Assembly: GCA_000826855.1 (NCBI GenBank)
Contig: JTLS01000008.1
Span: 1-64,000 of the forward strand
Length of the DNA stretch: 64,000 bases
DNA from: Basidioascus undulatus
Taxonomy: Eukaryota
Direction of reading: 5' to 3'
Shown here: one piece after another, positions 54,696-64,000 of the stretch
Layout: every line of letters starts with the position of its first letter
Numbering within the stretch: position 1 is the first letter of the stretch
Notes under the pieces: generated by a model
The model's input: the letters and a program-made list of their open reading frames with translations, nothing else
Databases searched by the model: none
What the model was told of the DNA's origin: nothing
Position numbers and translations under genes: made by a program

Positions 54696-56209
54696 ATGTC
54701 GGCTGCGCTCAAAGAGCGCCTAGTAACAGCACTCGCTTCTCGAGAAGCAAAATCTACTCTTCGAAGGCTCACTCACGATTCCCCACCGCCGGCTATTCTT
54801 TCGAGCCTGCCGAACGCAGACAGGCCTTTGGTGGACTTCAGCTCGAACGGTGCGTTCGAATCCTCCTTCTGAAAGTGTGTGTGTGGCTGATAATTTTGGT
54901 TCTGGTAGACTACCTCTCCCTCTCCCAATCGTCCGAGCTAAGAAACCACTTCCTCCGGTCCCTCTCCTCGGCACCGCACATCCTCGGCTCGACCGGCTCC
55001 CGTCTTCTCGACGGGGACACCCACTCGCATTCCACCCTCGAATCCCGCCTGGCATCCTTCTACAACGCTCCCTCAGCCCTCCTTTTCTCCTCCGGCTTCG
55101 ACGCCAACGCAGGCCTCTTCTCGTGCATACCTGCCGCAGACGACCTCGTCCTGTACGACGAGTATGTCCACGCGAGCGTCCACGACGGGATGCGGGCGTC
55201 CCGCGTTCCGGCGAAGCGCAGGCGCGCTTTCAGGCATAACGATCTGGACCATTTGAGAAATGCCCTTCAGAGGGCGGTGGAGGAGGAGCCCGAGGTGCGG
55301 AGTGGGAGAAGCGTCTTCGTCGCTGTCGAGGGCGTCTATTCCATGGACGGGGACGTCGCTCCGCTCAGGGAGATTGCCGACTTGCTCGAAGAGCTGCTTC
55401 CGGCGGGGAATGGGCATTTGATAGTGGACGAGGTGCGTTGTCGCTCCTAGGCTCCTCGAATGTCCGCTAACTAACATCACCTGCAGGCGCATTCCACCGG
55501 CATTTATGGACCCCTCGGCCGAGGCCTCGTAGCGCATTTGGGTCTCGAGGATCGGGTGTTCTTGCGCTTGAACACGTTTGGCAAGGCGCTTTGCTCTAAC
55601 GGAGGTGAGTCGAGCCTGAACCCCACCATCTTCTTCGGAAACTGACGCTGTAACATCCCAGCTGTCGTTCTGTGCGAACCGCACGTCCGGTCATACCTGA
55701 TCAACTACGCCCGACCCCTCATCTACTCCACCGCGCCCTCCCACTCGAACATCATCGCCCTCTCCTGCGTGCACGACCTCCTATCCGAGGGCTACACAGT
55801 TCCCGTTCGTCCCAGCCCTCTTCTCTTCCTCACCCTCACCCCACTCAAAACCCCCCTCCCCATCCTTCAGCTCTCCCGCAACCTCCTCTCGCACGCAACC
55901 CACCTGCGCGCCCTCCTCTCCACTTACCTCCCGCACCCCCTCCTCGCGCTCGCGCCACCCCCCGCGCTCCCCACGCCCATTCTCCCGCTCCTCACGCCCC
56001 GCCCGCGCCAGCTCGCGCGCTTCCTCGTCGAGCGCGGCTTCCTCGTCCGCCCCATCGCGGCGCCTACCGTGCCGAAGGGGATGGAGCGCGTGCGGGTGTG
56101 CTTGCACGCGGCGAACACGACGGAGGAGATCGAGGGGCTCGCGCGCGCTGTGGGCGAGTGGCTCAGGGTCATCGGGGAGGAGGAGGAGGGGAGGCTGGCG
56201 AAGCTTTGA
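54696..56209 (+). CDS. bioF: 8-amino-7-oxononanoate synthase (class II PLP aminotransferase) with peroxisomal PTS1
   Basis: DFSSN|DYL, GSTGSRLLDG, SGFDAN, DEYVHASVHDG, FRHND, EGVYSMDGD, VDEAHSTG, TFGKA, PTVPKGMERVRVCLHA. C-terminus is -AKL*. Confidence 0.93.
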
Positions 56210-58897
56210 GGGACGATCTGGGTGGCTTGCATGCACTTTAGGTTGTTTCAGAAACCGCTATGGTCTGACGAAGGGTAATATGTGGCACAGATGAAGAGCA
56301 CACAGGATTGCTTGGTTGCGACATGTGAAGAAGAGTGCATATCAGTCGCCAACTTTCCGGGTACGCAGCGACAACTGCAGGCGCTCTTAGTTACACACCG
56401 TGGACCTGTCTGCGCTGGTGAAAAGGACGCACTGTATGCTGAGAAAGGGCGCCCACTCCGAGTCTTCGGGTGAACAAGCAAGTCACTGAAAGTGTCGTAT
56501 CGCCCTGCTGTCAAGTTTAAGTTCAGCGAGGCTGCGCCGATGCCGGTCCTTCTCGCCTCCTCCACATGTACATTGGACACTCACCATCCCGAAGCTCAGC
56601 AAATATTGGCATCCATCTCTTGTCCCTACTGTTATTTCGTTACTAGTGGATCGGGAATGACAAAGTGAGATCTGTGATGCGTGCTGCAGATGGTTGTGTA
56701 AGTGTGTGTTCGGCGGTGAGCAGAGGCATTCGGTGCCCTCGAGCAAGATGAACCCATACACGCACAGTATCATCTTGGATGTTTGGCATGGGTGGGGAGG
56801 AATAACAGCCACAGCGACTCGCAGGTGTAAGATAGCGCAGAAGCTTCCATGGCAGCATCCACCAACGGCCTTGCCGACTCAAAACTTCTTGCCCAACGCT
56901 TCCGGGGAAGTGGACTGGCCGACATCGTCTGAATTTATATTGGGGACTTGACGCTTTCTAGAGATAAGACCATCCCAGAGGAAAGATCAAAGTCGTCTGA
57001 GGCTTCGGGTAACTGGTGTTGATCTCCTTCTCCATGTCCTGTTCTCCCTACAGGCTGACTGGCGCCACACTCACCAGGTGGTCCTTTGGAGAAGCCCAAG
57101 TGCCTTCTCTTCCCTTATGTAGAGGATCGGCATCGGCATCTGCGCAAACACGCCTCAGGAAGCCGGCACACTCAGCGTGTTACTGCGCTGTACCACTGCG
57201 TTTCCTCATCTAGTGGGCTACATACACTGCGTTGCTCGCTTCGCATGACCCTCAACATGCGCCTCAATGCCATGATCAAACAGTCGTCGTGGCCTTGGAA
57301 TTCTCGAAGGACCGACTCATCGACGTGAACTGCCACAGCCGGTCGTTCACAGCTTCCCCTGGCCGCGCGGTTCGTCGCGTCCAGCGTCGTTCATTCTAAA
57401 AACGTGCGCACTGCATACCTTGTGGATCGTCGGGCACCCCTTCATTGTTCTCACCGATTGATAAGCATGGGAACTCTGGGAAGGGAAGAACCTCGAAGCC
57501 GACATGCCGCCTTCTTTTCAGGGGTCTCGCTAAGTATACAGCCTGCTCTGGACAGTGCAGCGGCACTTGCGGCCGTTGCCTGTGGAAGCTTGTAGCCAGC
57601 TTCCAAGAGCTTCGCTTCCATCATTAGCGGAAAGAAAGCCGCCACATAATGTGTGTATACTATCGTGTGTACGCGATCGGCAAGATCCAGGTGTGCCTGT
57701 GCCTATCTTCTGCTGCGCCTTCTCGGAGAGGCGTCCAATGGCGGCACCCGGCTCCGTCTGTCGGCAACGCCTCAACGAGTTTGCCACTGAAAGATCGGCC
57801 TACGCCTCAGCTCGAGTAGGTCATCGTTGAAAATTTGCGAATCTCCTCCGACGCTCTCATCAGGCCCAGATGAAAAAGGAGACATGCATCAAAGCATTAT
57901 CACCCACTACATATCACTGTACTAGGCATGCGCACTGACAACCATGCTCATGAGCCAAGGTCCGCAGGCCTGGCCTCGACTTGCCTCGACCCGCACGCCC
58001 GCTTCTTCGAGTGGGCTTTGTACCGAAACGGCGGTAAGCACTGGGCTTGCCCAAACCGCTGCAAGGTGCGACGTCTGCAACGTCGGCAAGGCCGTTCATG
58101 ACGCATGCGCTTCTCACCTAGCAGCTGCTCACCAACGGTGCGTTGGCCAACCGTCCAGCGTTGTGTGCAGACCCGGCGTGTGCTCTTGCAGTTGAAAATG
58201 AAAATGAGTTTCCGGTCTCTTTCTGCGGCAACCGGCGGCACGGCGGTGAGCCGTCCGGCATCATTCTGAGCGCGGTATTGGCGGTCTGCCGGAAAAGCGG
58301 GGCTCGGGACGGAATGGAGTAATGACGTCCCTTACTTTTGCAAGCCTGCTAGTGGTCAACGCCTGAACAAAACTTGACAAAGGAGCAGCCGGACTTGTTT
58401 CTGTGCAGTGGAATTAAAGACTACAATACGGAATAAGCGAATCAGCGTGTACATAAGTTTGTGCGAGACTTCAGAGGAGAGCTAGGAATAATGCCAGACG
58501 GCAGCTGCCAGGGGCTGAGCGTCGTCATAGGAAGGGTCTGTCGAAGCAGGCCCAGTTGCAAGCCTGCCCTCGTTCCCTGCTCCCGTGTCACCACCAAGCA
58601 GACTCAGCACCCCAACACCTCGCCGCTGCCGGCCTCGTGCTCGTCGTTGCCGACAGCGAACTCGACGCCCGCGCCGGACTGAAATCGCTCGAGTCGATCA
58701 GCAAGACATCCCCGAGCCTCGCGCGCGTCATCGTCCCTTGCTTGCCCTCAGCCACGCCAACGGCCATCTTTTCAACCCACTCCACGCTCAATCCCTCGCT
58801 CCGTACGCGCGCGTCCGCCTTGCTTTCGCACACTGCACCTCTGACACCTTGGCGGAGTCGACCAGGAGTCCGCCTTTAATCCCCTCCCCCATCTCCC

Positions 58898-59960
58898 ATG
58901 TCTGCGCCGTCCGCTTCAAAGGCTTCCGAGCCGTCCGGCGCGAGCCCGCCTCCCCCGACCCCTTCCGCCCCGCCCCCGCCAAAGGGCGCCGAGGAGGTCG
59001 CAAAGGAAGCGGCGCCCAAGGAGGGCGAGCTCAAGCAGGCCGATGAGAAGCTGAAGGCGGAGGAGAAGGCGGAGAAGAAGGAGCCGGCAGCTAAACAGGA
59101 GGACAAGGGAGACAAGAAGGCTGAGGTGCGCGCCGATCCTCAGCAATCTCGCCGGCTTGGCTTCCTTGTCGTGAGGGGACGATTGGAGCTAAACATGGGA
59201 TCTGAATCTGGGTTGTGGTGCAGGACCCGACCACAGCGACGGGCGTGATCGATATGGAGGTGTTCGGGCAGATCCTCGAGATGGACGACGATGACGACGA
59301 CCGCGATTTCTCCCATGGGATCGTCATCAACTTCTTTGAGCAAGCAACCGCTACGTTCAAGGAGATGGACGATGCTCTGTGAGTGCAATCTTTTCTGGTG
59401 GCTATGGGACAGAGGGCAGGAGGAGATCTTGGGACGATATGGGCCCCGGACTGCACGGTCGCGTGCGTCGCAGTGGCGTCGGTGCTGCCTCTATCGGGCC
59501 CGTGTCTCTGGGTTCAGTACGTTTTCCCGGAGCACCGACACGGCGCATGCAGAATCGCTGTTGGGCATCTGCGCATCACCCCCTTTACTCTGCCGCTGCA
59601 CGGCTGCATCCACGCTCCATACCGACGATCCCTCTCCCTAACCCGCTGTCGCCTTCACACTCTCGCTGATCTCCCGCTGATTCCTTCCCTGTCCTTCCCA
59701 GCGCCGCCTGCGACCTGAAGCAACTGCACACGAAGGGCCACTTCCTGAAGGGCTCGTCTGCCGCGCTCGGACTGATAAAGGTCAAGGCGTCGTGCGAAGC
59801 GATCCAGAACCTGGGCAAGCTCAAGGACCGCACGGGCACGCGCGACATCCCGCGGGACGAGGCGCTCAGCCACGTCAAGGACGTGGTCGAGCGCGTCCAG
59901 GGCGAGTACAAGGAGGCCGAGGCATGGCTCGAGGCGTTCTACGCCGAGGCCGCAGAGTAA
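58898..59960 (+). CDS. YPD1: Histidine phosphotransfer protein (HPt)
   Basis: IDMEVFGQILEMDDD...DFSHGIVINFFEQATATFKEMD, GHFLKGSSAALGLIKVKASCEAIQNLG. Confidence 0.93.
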
Positions 59961-60549
59961 CCTACCTCCGCCGGCCGACCACTCCTTCCGCCACCCACCC
60001 GCTCCCCACGTCTCTCCGTCGCATCACCCTGGCTCACCCGAAGAGCCCAGCCCCCCTCACCGTCATCCCTTATCTCGCCCCTCTCCCGCTCGCTCGCCAC
60101 CTCCCCTGGCCTCTCCATTCTCCTCCATCACTGCACCTCATGGCGCTCTTCTCCAACCGTCCCCCTCTTTCGCACGCGCTCCTGGCATCGTTCTACATCT
60201 CCTAACCTCATCCACGCGCACCGCACCTCTTTTCCTCATCTCCCGGTCACGCAGCAGAGCAACCCCTCGTCCGCCTTCTTCCCCTCTTCCACTTCTCCAC
60301 CCGTCTATTTCACTTCATGTCTCTTCTTTTTCCCTTTCCTCTTTTTGCACATACACCGTTTCCTTTCCTAGTACCACTTAAAAGATTCTCCCCCCGTTCT
60401 GCGCTACATGCTCGACCAATCCCAACCTCCGCGCACCCTTCCCTTCCCCTCGTCTTCTCCCCTTCAGTACACTCGGTATCTCCCTACAACCTAACGTCTC
60501 CTGATCGACCGACCGCCAAACCGAACCATCTGATTTCTAAGTGACCTCA

Positions 60550-63160
60550 ACACTCGGTTGTTGCGGAGGTGTGGCGTGCTGGCGTGACTTTGACCGTCTT
60601 TCGCTTTGACGTGGACTTCCACAGGGGCCACTCTGACCACAACATCCTCTGCCTTGTGCTGGATCTGCCTGCCCCGCTGCTAAGGACACATTGGTCTCGC
60701 CCCGAGCCTGCCCCCCCCTGCCACAGACCCGCCCACAACCTTCCGGGCAGACCGCGTGATTGACTGGGCACATCACTCTGATGAGTCGTTGAGCTTGCAC
60801 AGGAACGGCTCCGCGAACTCCAGCCGCAGCCGGACAAGGTCCCCCTGGCAATGCTACAGTAGCACCAGAAAGCTGTCACTGCTGGAAAGGCTGTCCGCCT
60901 AGCAGAGGTGCTCAACTGCGACAGCGAGCGGGAGTGGTGGGCACTCGTCTTCCGTTACATCGGCGAGCATGGAAGTGCTCCATAGGTCCTGTTCTCCAAC
61001 CTGCATGATATGTTCCACAGACATATCAACCCCCCAGCCATACTTCCAGCACACTTCAACCTGGACATATGCGAGCTGAACAGGCTCCTGGCCAAGCAGA
61101 TCCCAGCGCAGACCACCCCCATGGATGACCTATATCCCATGCATCGCCTATGGTCAGTGGGTGAGGTTGAGGATCTCCTGAAGCACCTCAAAGACATCAA
61201 GCCTACCGCACCAGGTGTGGACAAGATGCCCTACTCATTCCTGCTGGACCTCCCCCCAGTGCACTGAGGGACTACCTGAACACCTGCCTAGAGTGTGAGT
61301 GCTCTTCTGAGGAGCAGGTCAGCCTCATGGTGGGCGTGCCCAAATTCAACAAGAGCCGACAGGTCACAGAGAACTACAGTGCCATTGTGCTGGAACCCAG
61401 CCTCCTCAAAGCGCACATGTGGTTCATCAACCGGCGCAGGTAGGAGTGGGGTGAGGCGGACAAGTGCATCCCCCCGACCAGAATGGCTTCCGCCCTGGCT
61501 ACTGCACAAACAACAATGCCTGTGTTCTCCAGGCCTGCATTGACCAAGCCAAGGCGCAGGGCCAGACTCTCTATGCGGCATTCATTGACCTCTCCAATGC
61601 CTTCCCCTCTGTGGACCGAGAGACACTCTGGCTCAAGTTCCTTGACTGGGGTGCCGGGGGCTGAGTCTTTGACTTGTCCGCATGCTCTACCAGACGATGA
61701 AGTACCACACCAAAGATTGGAAGGCTCTTTCTGAGGAGTTCCTCTCTGCCATTGGCAGCCTCATGGGGAATCCCAGCTTGCCCACGGTGTTCATTCTCTA
61801 CATGTCGGACTTCATGCTCCCAGAGGATGCAGATGTCATTGTCTTGGCAGGCCAGATCATTGCCTACGTCCTTCATGCGGATGATACAGCGATCATGTCC
61901 ACCTCACTGGAGGGCCTCCAGCACAAGCTGAACAGGCTCAGCTGACGGTCTGCCAACAACTTTGTGGATGCCAACCCGGACAAGTCCGAGGGAATGGCTT
62001 TTGGGAAGCTCCTGTCTCCTCCACCCACCTTCCACTTGTACAACCGCCTGATCCGGTACAAAATGTCCACAACATATGTTGGGTCTCTGGTCTCCTCTGA
62101 CCCAAGGCGGTCACTCTTCCACCGGCACTATGAGGAGGCCAAGAAAGCCCGCAAAGTTGGCCTGTCCTGCTTCTTCCTTGAGCCATACATTGACCAGCTG
62201 TCACACTCCCATGCAATCAAGCTCTACAAAGCAGTTGTGGTCCCGCACCTCATCTCTGCATACAAGGTTGCCATCCCCTCCACAGTGGCTGAGCACACAC
62301 TCTTGCAGGACGAGCAGCACCGGTTCATCCGCCATGCGCTACAGGTACACTCCAACAGCCTCACCTTCCCTCTCTTCACAGAGACAGGCCTGCAACCCAT
62401 CCTGCTGTGGCACCTTCTCATGTGCCTCTGCTACATCCTCTATGCAGTGGAACAGGAGGACCCTCACTTTGTATGGGCAGCCCTGCTCGACAGCATGCAG
62501 CTTGCAGATTGAGGGCACAAGAGCTTCTTTGCATGCCTACAGGGAGAAGTTGCACTCTATGGGGGACACCTGCCAAGCAGCTGGCCCATCATGGCGGACC
62601 TCATCACTGAGGTCTCTTAAGAAGCTCAAGGCTAGCTTCCAGGCCCTTATTGTGGAGAAGAGCTTTTCTGTCCCTCGCTGCCACCTGCTCCAGGGCCGCA
62701 AGCTGCTGTGGGGTTACAGGGAATACCTGAGCATCCCTGCAGGTCTCTACTGCAGGGCACTGACACAAGCTCATCTTCTCCGAGCACCTGCTCTGAGTGG
62801 AAACCCTGCATCATGGCAGCACAACCATCCCTCCCGAAGATACCTGCCACCTCTGTGACCTTGAGGTGGAGGACCCTCTGCAAATTCTCTTTGGCTACCC
62901 AAATGAGGGCTGCTGTGTCCTGCACAACCAACTCCTGCAACAGGCGAGCCAGCATGCCATGCCGTATGTCAGGGAGCCTGCGCAAGTTTCACTGGCCTTG
63001 GAGAATGTGTCCATGCTCCTTAGCAAGTGCTACTACAAGATTCGGCTGGCCATCACCGGCACTGGTGTCCACCGTGGAGATGGGGCGGCTGATGACTCGA
63101 ACCTGGAGGATGATGCCACGCCCGTGGGGGGGGGGGGGGGCAGGGCGTGGACGATGTAGG
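60550..63160 (+). mobile_element. Degenerate, 5'-truncated non-LTR retrotransposon (LINE)
   Basis: End of an APE endonuclease (GHSDH), RT motifs APGVD, ENYSAI, QNGFRPGY, AFIDLSNAFPSVDR, LHADD, and a C-terminal Cys/His knuckle CHLCDLEVED. Many stops and frameshifts. Confidence 0.9.
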
Positions 63161-64000
63161 AATTTGAAGAGATGGCCAACACTTACTGAACTGAGTCTGA
63201 TTCACCCTGCCGGCCTTGTCACTCCAGAAAGGATGAACTGGGAGCTGAAAGCGCTGTGCGGTAATTTGAGAGAATGGCCCGCTTCTTTGTCGCACTAGTT
63301 TGCCTTCATGCTCATACCAATGCATCCATGCTCACCAGCGCTGCATTCCACTCAGATTCAAGCACCGAGGACGTCCTCCTTTGCTTCGAGATTGGACCGG
63401 AACTGATCGGGGGTTCTTTCCCATCGTGACGGAGGTATCATAGGGATTAACGTTCTCCGCTGCGCATGAATACACTCTCTTACCTCCACCCACCCCCACC
63501 CTTGGCGTTCTGAAAGACTCGAGGAAATCCAAAGGCACACACATCCCACATTGAGCTTCTCGCCTTATACTTTGAGCCTTTATCCACCAATAGCTATACG
63601 GAAGTTCTCATATTGTTTGGACCGCTTACCAGCCCACATGTTTGACTTACACTTCGTCAAGCATGTCTACCACACCGGCGGGATTTTGAAGTACAGCCCT
63701 CTCCGCCTACCAGCTCTGAGGTACACGGAGTCAGGGCAGTGGCGGCCGGTCTGGGGACTGTACGAATGGGACACGCTTCACGGCAGATCGAGTGAGGTCA
63801 CTCGCCTTGGCCTTTACAAGCCCGACATCCTCCGCCCGTATGACATCGCGCCCGATCCCTTCTCCCAAAGATTGATACACTCGTGCACCTTCGACCGACG
63901 TTCATGGCTCGCTCCTGAAACGAAATGCGGGTGATGATCTTGCTGGTTAGACGGCCTATGCAGCCGATCTCATGGCAGACGTAAGAGGCAGGGCTGCGTA

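Noticed and set aside
56300..57450. Minus-strand splice-donor-like sites and short ORFs
   Set aside because: I could not assemble a gene model or recognise a domain.
60540..63200. Target-site duplication or poly(A) tail for the LINE
   Set aside because: None found; the ends are eroded. The G-run near 63126-63140 is internal.
63551..63934. 127-aa ORF after the LINE
   Set aside because: No recognisable motif, and it lies at the window edge.

Overview
This window is eukaryotic, intron-rich fungal genomic DNA, most likely a basidiomycete (short GT-AG introns with CTRAC branch points, many micro-exons). Intact GC-rich genes: a bromodomain protein (3' end), a MARVEL-like membrane protein, tRNA-Pro(AGG), PPN1 endopolyphosphatase, an RFX transcription factor, a patatin/TGL lipase, an MBOAT wax-synthase-like acyltransferase, a JEN1 transporter, a fasciclin protein, alpha-tubulin, GET4, NHP2, tubulin cofactor A, BFR1, ORC2, BioF and YPD1. 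Between them lie islands of decaying genes: a PAP2 phosphatase with a broken splice donor, a CALB-like lipase relic, a PNGase A pseudogene, a 3' alpha-tubulin duplicate and a CpG-depleted LINE. The most notable observations are (i) five dispersed copies of an unrecognised family of two-TM, Cys-motif proteins, (ii) a JEN1 intron made mostly of a copy of the next exon, (iii) a PPN1 metal-binding motif built from 7-12 nt micro-exons, and (iv) a run of lipid-modifying genes. Gene names come from motif recognition by eye, not from database searches. Gene coordinates include introns.
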